A stretch of DNA of 64,000 nt, from NCBI GenBank assembly GCA_028277845.1, contig JANQFL010000011.1, forward strand, positions 200,887 through 264,886, written 5' to 3'. Below, piece after piece: positions 47,557 through 56,630 of this stretch. Origin of the DNA: Sneathiellales bacterium. Its GTDB lineage: Bacteria > Pseudomonadota > Alphaproteobacteria > JANQFL01. Both the position numbers and the translations under genes were made by a program. Each line of letters starts with the position of its first letter. The first letter of the stretch is position 1. The notes beneath the pieces were generated by a model, which did not search any database, was not told the DNA's origin, and worked only from the letters and a program-made list of their open reading frames with translations.

Positions 47557-48738
47557 CTACTCCACCCATTGCGAGGTTGCGGACGGTTCGGCATCGCGGT
47601 AGTCCGCCACCAGTTGTTTGATCTTCGAGGCCGGCACGTTGACGCCGCCGACGCCGGCCAGCAGGCCGTGCACCGCCGGCGCCTTGTCCAGGCCGTAGAG
47701 GGCGCTGGTCAGTTCCTGGTGCAGGATGCCGCCCATGCCCGGCGAATAGTTGCGATCGAGCACCATGACGCGGGGCACGCCGGCCAGGGCACTACGCAGG
47801 TCGGCGACCGGCAACGGCCGGAACAGGCGCACCTTCAGGAGCCCGACGGCTTCGCCCTGGTCGCGCAAGGCGTCGACCGCCTCGCGCACGGTGCCGCACA
47901 TGCTGCCCATGGTGACGATGACCGTCTCGGCGTCCTCGGTGCGGTAATGTTCGAGCGGGCCGTAGGACCGGCCGGTCAGGTCGCCCCAGGCCTGCCCGGC
48001 TTCGGTCACCTTGTCCTGGACCTGGGACATCGCTTCGGCCATCTCGCGCCGGCTGCGGTTCCAGGTGGCCTGGTCGATGGGGGCACCGAAGGACTGGCCC
48101 TTTTCGGTATCGAGGCGCAGTTCCGGCTCGTAGGGCGGCAGGTAGCCGTCGACCAGCGACTGGCTCGGCACCTCGACCGGTTCGACGGCGTGGGAGACGT
48201 AGAAGGCGTCGTGGCTGATCATGGTCGGGATGCGCAAACTTTCGGCGACCCGGAACGCCTGGATCACCGAGTCCAGAGATTCCTGCGGCGTTTCGCTGTA
48301 GAGCTGCACCCAGCCGGTATCGCGCTGGGCCAGGCTGTCGAGCTGGTCGGGCCAGAAGCCCCAGGGCGAGGCCGGGGTGCGGTTGACGTTGACCATGACG
48401 ATGGCGGCCCGGGCGCCGGCCGCGTAGTGCAGCAGCTCGTGCATCAGCAGCAGGCCCTGCGACGACGTGGCGGTGAACACCCGGCCGCCGGTCAGGGACG
48501 CGGCGATGCAGGCGGACATGGCCGAGTGTTCGGATTCCGGGGTCAGCAGTTCGCCGTCCAGCTCACCGTCGCGCTTGAATTCGGCGATGCGTTCGAGAAT
48601 GGGCGTCTGCGGCGTGATGGGGTAGACCGGGGCCACGTCGGGCCGGGCCAGCTTGGCGCCCCAGGAGACGGCGTGGTTACCGCTCAGCAGGAGCCGGTTG
48701 GAGTTGCCGGGCTTGTCGATATTCGGGGCTATGTTCAT
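47557..48738 (-). CDS. porA: 2-oxoacid oxidoreductase alpha subunit
   Basis: SGNHA, YPITPQT, ESEHSA, TATSSQG, RLFRP. Confidence 0.85.
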   Translation of the reverse strand: MNIAPNIDKPGNSNRLLLSGNHAVSWGAKLARPDVAPVYPITPQTPILERIAEFKRDGELDGELLTPESEHSAMSACIAASLTGGRVFTATSSQGLLLMHELLHYAAGARAAIVMVNVNRTPASPWGFWPDQLDSLAQRDTGWVQLYSETPQESLDSVIQAFRVAESLRIPTMISHDAFYVSHAVEPVEVPSQSLVDGYLPPYEPELRLDTEKGQSFGAPIDQATWNRSRREMAEAMSQVQDKVTEAGQAWGDLTGRSYGPLEHYRTEDAETVIVTMGSMCGTVREAVDALRDQGEAVGLLKVRLFRPLPVADLRSALAGVPRVMVLDRNYSPGMGGILHQELTSALYGLDKAPAVHGLLAGVGGVNVPASKIKQLVADYRDAEPSATSQWVE

Positions 48739-48742
48739 GGCC

Positions 48743-49010
48743 TAGTACCCCCTATGAGGATTAGATGCGTCATGAGACGGCCAATGCCGTCCCGTGGCTA
48801 GGAGCGAAGACGAAGGCGATGCGGCACATCGGTGAGACGGCGCGACGACGTCCACGGGACGGCATTGGCCGCCCGCTGGGTCGTTTTTCGCATCCCACCC
48901 GGGGCGTCGCTGCGCTTGCCCGATGTCCCACATCGCTCGGCGAGCAGCTCCTACCGAGTGGGGGCGAAAAAACGATCTCATGATGCATCTAATCCTCATA
49001 GGGGGTACTA
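48743..49010. mobile_element. MITE-like element, 268 bp, 35-bp terminal inverted repeats, TA at both ends
   Basis: TAGTACCCCCTATGAGGATTAGATGCGTCATGAGA (48743-48777) matches the reverse complement of 48976-49010 with one mismatch; internal 20-bp inverted repeat 48778-48797 / 48852-48871. Confidence 0.85.
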
Positions 49011-50651
49011 ACCCTCCTCGTACATCATGACCGACCCGGTGGGACATTCGGCAACGCACAGGCCGCAGCCCTTGCAGTAATCCGATTTCACCTCGTAGCC
49101 GTTCTCCAGCTTGGTGATGGCCATGTCGGGGCAGTAGAGGTAACAGTTGTCGCAGAAGATGCAGGTGCCGCAGGAGAAACAGCGCTCGGCCTCGGCCAAG
49201 GCGTCGGTGTGCTCCAGCCGCTGCTGCACTTCGTTGAAATTCTCCAACCGACCGGCCACGTCGGTGTTGGCCGGAACGTGCCGGGCGACATCGGGGTAGT
49301 AGTCCGAACTGATGGCCTTGTAGGGCACGATGGTCAGCTCGGGGAACGTGTCCCGGTCCTCACCCGAACCGATGTAGCGGGCGATCTCGACCGCCGCCTG
49401 TTTGCCCATGCCGATGGCCTGGGTGACGAAGCGGTCCATGCTGGCCAGATCACCGCCGGCGAACACGCCGGGCGTGGCCGTCTGCCAGTCTGATCCCGTG
49501 CCGACCACGGGTCCGTCGTCCGCCACCACACCCTGCCAACGGGTGATGTCGGCGTCCTGGCCGATGGAGGGAATGACCGCATCGGCCGACAACGTGAATT
49601 CGCTGCCGTCAATGGGATCGATGGTGAAGACGCCCCGTTTCTCGCCAGCCTGGAAGTTCACCTTGATGCAGTTCAGCACCAGACCATCGCCGTTTGCGCC
49701 GGCCGACTGCATCATGGCACCGGTGACGAAGGTGACGTCCTCTTCCATCGCTTCGTCCACCTCGACCCGTTGCGCCGGCAACTGGTCTTCGGGCTCCAGC
49801 GACAGGACCGTCACCTCGCGGCCCAGGCGCCGGGCGGTGCGGGCCACGTCCATGGCCGCGCTGCCGCCGCCGATGACGACGATGCGCTTGCCGAGGGTGC
49901 ATTCTTCGCCGGCGTTGGTGGCGGCCAGGAAATCGGCGCTGTCCATCACCCAGGGCTGGCTATAGTCGAGGCCGGGCAAGGCCTTGGAGCGGCTGGCGCC
50001 GGTCGCCAGATAGACCGCGTCGTGTTTGTCGTGCAGGGCCTTCAAGGCGTCGGCGTCCCCGACCTCGGCGTTGAGGTGCACGTCCACGCCCAAATCGAGA
50101 ATGCGCTGGATCTCGCCGTCCAGGATGGCCTTCTCGAGCCGGTAGGCCGGAATGCCGTAGCGCAGCAGGCCGCCGAGCTGGTCCTTGGATTCATAAAGCG
50201 ATACCTGGTAGCCGCGCCGGCGCAACTGATAGGCCGCCGACAGGCCGGCCGGCCCGCCGCCGATCACCGCAACCGATTCGCTGCGTTCGGTATCAGGCTT
50301 GTCAAAGGCCCAGCCTTCCGCCAGCGCCATGTCGCCGACGAATCGCTCGAGCGAGCAGATGCCCACCGTCTCGTCCAGATATTGGCGGTTGCAGGCGCTT
50401 TCACACGGGTGGTGGCAGATACGTCCGGCAATGGCGGGGAACGGATTGTTGTCGGCCAGGGTCAGCCAGGCGCCGCGGTAGTCCTTTTCCTTGACCTGGC
50501 GCACCCATACGGCGATGCGGCCGTCGACGGGACAGGCGCCGAGGCAGGGCGACGGCAAGGTGCGGTAGTCGGGCGACGCGCTGCGCCAGGTGCCGGTCAT
50601 GCGCACGCTGGACGGCGTGTGGGTCCAGAGGGGAGAAGGCTGGCTGCTCAT
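49008..50651 (-). CDS. GltD-like FAD/NAD(P)H Fe-S oxidoreductase fused to a PorD-like 2[4Fe-4S] ferredoxin
   Basis: PCLGACP, GRICHHPCESAC, GGGPAG, GGLLRYGIP, IGGGSAA, CFSCGTCIFCDNC...CKGCGLCVAECP. Confidence 0.88.
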   Translation of the reverse strand: MSSQPSPLWTHTPSSVRMTGTWRSASPDYRTLPSPCLGACPVDGRIAVWVRQVKEKDYRGAWLTLADNNPFPAIAGRICHHPCESACNRQYLDETVGICSLERFVGDMALAEGWAFDKPDTERSESVAVIGGGPAGLSAAYQLRRRGYQVSLYESKDQLGGLLRYGIPAYRLEKAILDGEIQRILDLGVDVHLNAEVGDADALKALHDKHDAVYLATGASRSKALPGLDYSQPWVMDSADFLAATNAGEECTLGKRIVVIGGGSAAMDVARTARRLGREVTVLSLEPEDQLPAQRVEVDEAMEEDVTFVTGAMMQSAGANGDGLVLNCIKVNFQAGEKRGVFTIDPIDGSEFTLSADAVIPSIGQDADITRWQGVVADDGPVVGTGSDWQTATPGVFAGGDLASMDRFVTQAIGMGKQAAVEIARYIGSGEDRDTFPELTIVPYKAISSDYYPDVARHVPANTDVAGRLENFNEVQQRLEHTDALAEAERCFSCGTCIFCDNCYLYCPDMAITKLENGYEVKSDYCKGCGLCVAECPTGSVMMYEEG

Positions 50652-50665
50652 CGGTTGGGATTCCG

Positions 50666-51205
50666 TCAGTTGGCGTCGCGGATCTGCTGGTAGGCTTCGC
50701 GGCAGGCGGCGATGTTCTGCTGCTGCTTGGCCGGCGCGGTCTGTTCGATGACCTCGCACATGGTCTCGATGCCCGGCTCGTCGAGGGCGGCGACGAAGGC
50801 GCCGAGCAGGGCCGAGTTGACCACCTTGCCCAGGTCGTTCTTCTGGGCGATGTCCAGCCCGTCCACCGGCACGAAGGTGTAGTTGCCCAAATCGGCAAAG
50901 GCTTCTTTCGGCTGGCGGGAATTGACGACGACGGTGGTGCCTTCCTCGACACCGCGCAGGAAGGTTTCGTCCAACAGGCTGTCGTCGAAACACAACATGG
51001 CCGACGCCTCCTCGATGTTGCAGCGCAGGCGGATCGGCTTTTCGTCCACGCGCAACGACGACGTCACCGGCGTGCCGCGCCGGGCGCCGCCGTAGGTGGC
51101 GAATGTCTGGACATACTGGCCTTCGTCGAAATAGGCCCGGGCCAACTGGTTGCCCGCCGTTTGCGCACCCTGGCCGCCGCGGCCGAGGATCACGATCTCG
51201 CGCAT
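50666..51205 (-). CDS. porC: 2-oxoacid oxidoreductase gamma subunit
   Basis: MREIVILGRGGQGA, YGGARRGTPV, NSALLGA. Confidence 0.85.
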   Translation of the reverse strand: MREIVILGRGGQGAQTAGNQLARAYFDEGQYVQTFATYGGARRGTPVTSSLRVDEKPIRLRCNIEEASAMLCFDDSLLDETFLRGVEEGTTVVVNSRQPKEAFADLGNYTFVPVDGLDIAQKNDLGKVVNSALLGAFVAALDEPGIETMCEVIEQTAPAKQQQNIAACREAYQQIRDAN

Positions 51206-51334
51206 GGTCTCTTCCCCCGATCGTTGTTGTCGCCCGGCGTCCACGCACACGGGTTCGCGCACGCCACGAGCCGCCCTGGGCAATACCCATCGCGTGCGTG
51301 AGGTCAATAATAGTTGACCCCGCCAACAATTTAT

Positions 51335-51348
51335 TTGATCGAAATCAG
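51335..51348 (-). promoter_or_regulatory. FNR/FixK-like box upstream of the por operon
   Basis: TTGAT-CGAA-ATCAG; minus-strand TATTAT -10 at 51311-51306 gives class II spacing. Confidence 0.6.
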
Positions 51349-51399
51349 GACGACCGCGCCAATAGGAGGATACGGTCCGTTCGAAATATCTGTTTTAGT

Positions 51400-52413
51400 T
51401 CAATGGATTGACCCGAATGACCGAGTCCGCGCATGCGACATCGCCAGCGATTTTTTCGATGCGCCCGTGATGGCCGCCAACATGTCGGACTTGAACGCCG
51501 CCGGCGGCCGGGTACACAGCGTCACCCGGCGGGCACTCACCACAAGGGGCGACGCCACCAGTTCGAGACCGACCGGATAGAGATGGAACAGCCAATTTGT
51601 TCGGACTTCGGCCGGCACCTCCCGGCAGGTAAACCCGCTCCCATCGGCGGCATAGGCGACGGCCAACGAATCGAAGGGTGAAAATCCACGGCGTTCGATA
51701 TCCTCGCGCCAATAGCGCAGCCAGCCGCGTGACCGGTCGGCGAGCCAGGCCCCAAGGGAACCCGACGCTTTCACCTTGTCCATGTCGCGGGCTGTGACCG
51801 TGACCTGGCGAGCTGTGTTGAACGGCATCAGCACCAACGGCACCAGGCTTTTCATCACCGTCTCCACCGCCGTTTCCCCAAGGCAGATGTTGAAATCGCG
51901 GAAATGCACCCAGTGATTGGGACCGGGATGGAACATCTCGCCGGGCCGCGACTTGCCGGCCACCATGACAATGCGGGTGATGTTGGCGGCCAGGTCAGGC
52001 CGGGTGCGCAGCAGCGACGCGATGTTGGTCAACGGGCCGAGGGCGATGATCTCCAGCAAACCCTCTTCGAGGGCGCGGATCAGGCCCTTGCGGGCCGGTG
52101 TGGCCCCGAAGTCCTCGGCGTCCTCGGCGCCCCGCAACGGCGGCGGTGCGCCCAGTTTGGACAGCAATGTGGTGGCGATACTGGTGGCGGTTTCGATGTC
52201 CGTGTTGCCGAACACGGTACTGACCCCGGCTATGCGCCAGTCCGTGTGGGCGAAGGCCTGTACCAGGGCCAGGCAATCGTCGACATCGGCCTTGGGTTTG
52301 CTGCCGCAGGCCGGATCGGTGTCGATCCAGACGCGCTTGGATATGGGCGCTGCGTTAGTGGCAACGGCAAACAGTAGCCCAACACAGGCCGTCAGAACGG
52401 ACATCACGCGCAT
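51400..52413 (-). CDS. Nucleoside hydrolase family protein with signal peptide
   Basis: IDTDP...DVDD, STVFGN, LGPLTNIA, DFN, FD; hydrophobic N-terminus. Confidence 0.85.
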   Translation of the reverse strand: MRVMSVLTACVGLLFAVATNAAPISKRVWIDTDPACGSKPKADVDDCLALVQAFAHTDWRIAGVSTVFGNTDIETATSIATTLLSKLGAPPPLRGAEDAEDFGATPARKGLIRALEEGLLEIIALGPLTNIASLLRTRPDLAANITRIVMVAGKSRPGEMFHPGPNHWVHFRDFNICLGETAVETVMKSLVPLVLMPFNTARQVTVTARDMDKVKASGSLGAWLADRSRGWLRYWREDIERRGFSPFDSLAVAYAADGSGFTCREVPAEVRTNWLFHLYPVGLELVASPLVVSARRVTLCTRPPAAFKSDMLAAITGASKKSLAMSHARTRSFGSIH

Positions 52414-52441
52414 CGATCCCCTCCCCAAGGGTCGTGTGTGA

Positions 52442-53938
52442 TCAGTTCAGGTACCGTACTTTCAGATGGGCCTTGAAGGCGTCGGTTTTCAAGGGTTGGT
52501 TGGTGGCCCGCTCCAACACGGCGTCGGTGCCGTGGCGTGAGCCCCATTGGTGCACATTCTCGCGCACCCAGGCGATCAACGGCGCGAAGTCGCCGGCGGC
52601 GATGAGGTCGTCGAGGCCGTCGATGGCGGCGCGGGCGGCGGCGAACAGTTGGGCGGCGGCCAGGGCGCCCAGGGTGTAGGTGGGGAAGTATCCAAACGCG
52701 CCGTCGGGCCAGTGGATATCCTGCAGGCAGCCGTCGGCATCGTTGGGCGGCGTGATGCCGACCAGTTCGGCCATGCCGTCGTTCCAGGCAACCGGCAGGT
52801 CGGCGATGGCCAGGTCGCCGGCGATCATGGCGCGCTCGAGCCGGGTGCGCAGAATGACGTGCAGGGGATAGGTCGCCTCGTCGGCGTCGACGCGGATCAG
52901 GCCGCGCTCGACCCGCTGATAGAGCCGTTTGAGGTTTTCCACCGACCAGACCGGGCCTTCCCCGCCGAAGGCCTTTTGCATCAGCGGTGCGGCGTAGCGC
53001 AGGAACGGCTCGCCCCGGCACACCTGCATCTCCACCAACAAGGACTGGCTTTCGTGCAGAACCATGCCGCGCGCCACGCCGACCGGCTGGTGTCGCCAGT
53101 CTGCCGGCAGGCCCATCTCGTACAGCGCGTGGCCGGTTTCATGCAGGGTGCCCATCAGCGATTGGGTGAAGTCGTCCTCGGTATAGCGGGTGGTCAGGCG
53201 CACATCGTCGGGAACGCCGCCGGTGAACGGATGCAGCGAGACATCCAATCGGCCATGATTGAAGTCGAAACCAAGGGCGCGCATCAGGTCCTCGCCCAAC
53301 CGGCGCTGTGCCTCGACGGCAAACGGGCCTTGCGGCGCCTCCGGCACGCCACGGACCGCCTGCGCCTCCAAGGCCTCTCCCACAAATCCGGGCAGGAACG
53401 CCTCCAAATCGGCGAACAGCGTATCGATTTCGTCCGCCGACACGCCGGGTTCGAATTGGTCCAACAATGCGTCATAGGGCGCGCAGCCGAAGGCGTCCCC
53501 CTTGGCGGCGGCGGCCTCCTTGACCAGTTCGAGCACCGTTTCCTGGTGCGGCCGGAAGGTGGCGAAGTCGTCATCCGCCCGGGCCTGACGCCAGGCCATT
53601 TCGCAGGTGGACGCGGCCTTGGACAAGGCCTCGACCAACGAAGCATCCACCGCCGTCGCGTGACGCCAGTCACGCCGCATTTCGATCAGATTGGCGTTTT
53701 GCCAGGGATCGAGGTCCGCGCGATCCGCTTCGGCCGCATCGAGCAGGTCGGCCAGCGCGGGATCGGAAATCAACTCGTGGCCCAAAACGCTCAGCGCCGC
53801 CAGTTGCTCCGCCCGCGCACCGGCGCCGCCGGCTGGCATCAGTACCGATTTGTCCCAGCCCAGTATGGCCGCCGCCTCGCCGAGCAGCGACATGCGGCGA
53901 AACCGGGTTTCCAGTTCGCTGTAGGCGGAGGCGCTCAT
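52442..53938 (-). CDS. M32 carboxypeptidase
   Basis: HPF, HETGHALYE, HESQS, GCLQDIHW, YFPTY. Confidence 0.95.
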   Translation of the reverse strand: MSASAYSELETRFRRMSLLGEAAAILGWDKSVLMPAGGAGARAEQLAALSVLGHELISDPALADLLDAAEADRADLDPWQNANLIEMRRDWRHATAVDASLVEALSKAASTCEMAWRQARADDDFATFRPHQETVLELVKEAAAAKGDAFGCAPYDALLDQFEPGVSADEIDTLFADLEAFLPGFVGEALEAQAVRGVPEAPQGPFAVEAQRRLGEDLMRALGFDFNHGRLDVSLHPFTGGVPDDVRLTTRYTEDDFTQSLMGTLHETGHALYEMGLPADWRHQPVGVARGMVLHESQSLLVEMQVCRGEPFLRYAAPLMQKAFGGEGPVWSVENLKRLYQRVERGLIRVDADEATYPLHVILRTRLERAMIAGDLAIADLPVAWNDGMAELVGITPPNDADGCLQDIHWPDGAFGYFPTYTLGALAAAQLFAAARAAIDGLDDLIAAGDFAPLIAWVRENVHQWGSRHGTDAVLERATNQPLKTDAFKAHLKVRYLN

Positions 53939-54678
53939 GGCGCGTCGCCGTCAATCCGTTTGCGGCTGAACAGGTAAAACACCACGGCAAGTACGATGGC
54001 CAGGGCAAACCAGGTCATGGCGTATTGCAGATGGTCGTTGCGGAAGGTCACCCGGGTCTGGCCGCCGAGCGGGAGACCACCGGGATTGGCTGTGTCGTCT
54101 GCTTCGACGAACAAGTCCGGCACGGTGACCCCGGCCAGCTGCGCCATGCCGGCGGCATCGCCCCAGAACCATACGTTCTTGTCCAAGTCGTTTTCCGGCA
54201 TGAACAGGTTTTTTGTCCAAGGCAGACGCACGAGGCCGTTGACGGTAACCGGACCCGTCACCTGGCCTTCGCTGCGACTCGCCACGTCTTTGTTGTCGGT
54301 CGGCACCCAGCCCCGGTTGACCAGCACGGTGCCACCGCCGTCGGTCCGCACCAGCGGCGTAATGACGGCATAGCCGAGCCGCCCCTTGCGGTCGTGGGCC
54401 AACAGATGGGCTTCCTTGTCGTGCAGGAAATGACCGCTGACGGTCACCCGGCGATAGCGCCAGGGCGTCGTGTCGGCGATCTCCGCCGGCAGCGCCACCG
54501 CCGGCTCGTTCATCTGGGCCGTAACGGTATCGATCAGGTCCTGCTTCCAGAACAGGCGCTGGATTTGCCAGCCGCCGAGGCCGAGAAGCACGATCAAGGC
54601 GAGCGCGGCGCAGACGGTCAGCCACGGGGTGGGACGAAAGGCGTAACGGGGTCGGTCAGTCTGTGTATCGGTGTTCAC
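53935..54678 (-). CDS. surf1: SURF1 family cytochrome oxidase assembly protein
   Basis: LGGWQIQRL, VNRGWVP, HLQYAMTWF. Confidence 0.93.
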   Translation of the reverse strand: MNTDTQTDRPRYAFRPTPWLTVCAALALIVLLGLGGWQIQRLFWKQDLIDTVTAQMNEPAVALPAEIADTTPWRYRRVTVSGHFLHDKEAHLLAHDRKGRLGYAVITPLVRTDGGGTVLVNRGWVPTDNKDVASRSEGQVTGPVTVNGLVRLPWTKNLFMPENDLDKNVWFWGDAAGMAQLAGVTVPDLFVEADDTANPGGLPLGGQTRVTFRNDHLQYAMTWFALAIVLAVVFYLFSRKRIDGDAP

Positions 54679-55030
54679 GGGCCTTGTGCTTGTACTGCAG
54701 GGCGATCAGCAGCCCCTTCAACGGACGTAGGAGACCCAGGCTGACGATCAAGATGGCCGGGATCCAAATGGTCAACTGCAACCAATAGGGCGGATGGAAG
54801 GTGAACTCCACCCAAAACGCCAAGGCGACGATGACGGCGCCGGCGATGAGAATAACGAACACGGCGGGGCCGTCACCGGAATCGAATTGCTTGTAGTCCA
54901 GGCCGCAATGGCCGCACTGGTCCGGCAGGGTGAGAACACCTTGAAAAAGTTTCCCCTGCCCGCAGCGGGGACACCGGCTGGTGAATCCCGTACGGACAGG
55001 GGAGATCGGTGGAAACCGTTGGTCCGTCAT
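54656..55030 (-). CDS. DUF983 family protein
   Basis: RCPRCGQGKLF, CGHCG, DSGDGPA, LRPLKG. Confidence 0.9.
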   Translation of the reverse strand: MTDQRFPPISPVRTGFTSRCPRCGQGKLFQGVLTLPDQCGHCGLDYKQFDSGDGPAVFVILIAGAVIVALAFWVEFTFHPPYWLQLTIWIPAILIVSLGLLRPLKGLLIALQYKHKAREHRYTD

Positions 55031-55049
55031 GAAACGACGGAAGAATGCA

Positions 55050-55841
55050 TCAGCTGCCCCAGATGTAGATGCAGAAGAACAGGAACAGCCAGACCACGTC
55101 GACGAAGTGCCAATACCAGGCGGCCGCCTCGAAGCCGAAATGGTGATCCGGCTTGTAGTGGCCCTTGACCGCACGCACCAGGCAGACGATCAGGAAGATG
55201 GTGCCGATGATGACATGGGCGCCGTGGAAGCCGGTGGCCATGTAGAAGGTCGAACCATAAATGCCGCCGTCGAACGTGAACGCGGCATGGCCGTATTCGT
55301 AGGCCTGCACGGCCGTAAACGTCAGTCCGAGCGCGATGGTCAGCACCAGGCCCCAGACCAGACCACTGCGGTTGCCTTCGCGCAGGGCATGGTGGGCCCA
55401 GGTCACGGTGGCGCCCGAGGTCAACAGGATCAGGGTATTGATCAGCGGCAGGTGCCAGGGATCGAATGTCTCAATGCCTTCCGGCGGCCAGACATTGCCC
55501 ATGGCCTCGGTCGGGAACAGGCTGGCATTGAAAAAGGCCCAAAACCAGGCGACGAAGAACATCACCTCGGAGGCGATGAACAGCGCCATGCCGTAGCGCA
55601 GGCCGATCTGCACGACGGGCTTGTGGAAGCCGCCGAATTCGCCCTCGTTGACCACGTCGCGCCACCAGCCGTACATGGTGTACGCCACGGCCAGGCCGCC
55701 GATGACCATGAGCCACAGGCCTCCGGTCATTTCGTGCATCCACATGACGCAGCCGCCCGTCAGGGCCAGCGCCGCCATGGAGCCGACGAGCGGCCACGGG
55801 CTGGGATCTACCAGATGATAATCGTGATTAGCGTGGGCCAT
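55050..55841 (-). CDS. ctaE: Cytochrome c oxidase subunit III
   Basis: [34 protein letters not shown]. Confidence 0.97.
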   Translation of the reverse strand: MAHANHDYHLVDPSPWPLVGSMAALALTGGCVMWMHEMTGGLWLMVIGGLAVAYTMYGWWRDVVNEGEFGGFHKPVVQIGLRYGMALFIASEVMFFVAWFWAFFNASLFPTEAMGNVWPPEGIETFDPWHLPLINTLILLTSGATVTWAHHALREGNRSGLVWGLVLTIALGLTFTAVQAYEYGHAAFTFDGGIYGSTFYMATGFHGAHVIIGTIFLIVCLVRAVKGHYKPDHHFGFEAAAWYWHFVDVVWLFLFFCIYIWGS

Positions 55842-55862
55842 AGTTTTCTATTCTCCCAAAAC

Positions 55863-56507
55863 CTACGACTTCCCGTCCCGCCGCGCCGACATACCGGCGC
55901 CGGCGAGAATTTCCTGATCCTGACGGCCGTCAGGCCCCAACAACGCGGCACGGTCGGCCTCTCCCCGGCCGTCCTGGTCCTTCACCTTGAAGAAGGTGTA
56001 GGACAGGGTGATGGTGTGCACGTCCTTCATGTTGGGGTCGTTGACGATATCGGGATCGACAAAGAACGACACCGGCATATCGACCGTCTGGCCGGGCGCC
56101 AGTGCCTGTTCGGTAAAGCAGAAGCAATCCACTTTGTTGAAATAGATGCCCGCCTTGTGCGGGGTGACGTTATAGGTCGACGTGCCGACCAAACGGCCGT
56201 CGCTCCTGTTGGTCGCCTGATAGAACGCCAACGCGTTTTCGCCGACCTTGACCGCGATTTCGCGTTGCACAGGCTTGAAACGCCAATTCAGATCGCGCGC
56301 CTTGTCGGAATTGAAACGGACGGTGATCACCCGGTCGGACACGATCGTCTGGTCCGGAGCAACCTCCGCCGTCTGCTGGGTCGTACCGCCATAGCCGGTG
56401 ACTTGGCAGAACAGTTGATACAGCGGCACCGAGGCGTAGGCCGCGCCGACCATGGCGACGGCGATCCCCCCCAGGGCGAAAGCGGTTGTTCTGTTGCGCG
56501 CGCTCAT
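55863..56507 (-). CDS. ctaG: Cytochrome c oxidase Cu chaperone (Cox11)
   Basis: VPLYQLFCQVTGYGGT, CFCF, TLSYTFF. Confidence 0.96.
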   Translation of the reverse strand: MSARNRTTAFALGGIAVAMVGAAYASVPLYQLFCQVTGYGGTTQQTAEVAPDQTIVSDRVITVRFNSDKARDLNWRFKPVQREIAVKVGENALAFYQATNRSDGRLVGTSTYNVTPHKAGIYFNKVDCFCFTEQALAPGQTVDMPVSFFVDPDIVNDPNMKDVHTITLSYTFFKVKDQDGRGEADRAALLGPDGRQDQEILAGAGMSARRDGKS

Positions 56508-56626
56508 CCCTGACCTCCTAGGCGCACGATCGTGATGGCGAAAAACAAAACGACCAGACCGACCAGGACCAACGCCAAGGCGATGTTGCGGCCGCGCCGC
56601 TTTTTATGTTCCTCGGTGATCGGCAT
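56504..56626 (-). CDS. Small membrane protein between ctaB and ctaG (CoxF-like), missing from the ORF track
   Basis: MPITEEHKKRRGRNIALALVLVGLVVLFFAITIVRLGGQG*; stop overlaps the ctaG start (ATGA). Confidence 0.8.
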   Translation of the reverse strand: MPITEEHKKRRGRNIALALVLVGLVVLFFAITIVRLGGQG

Positions 56627-56630
56627 GACG

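Noticed and set aside
48742-49059. Short ORFs inside the inverted-repeat element
   Set aside because: No transposase motifs; they are by-products of the palindromic element
50652-51329. N-terminal extension of the 773-aa ORF 49008..51329
   Set aside because: Overlaps the gamma-subunit gene in another frame; recognisable protein begins at 50651
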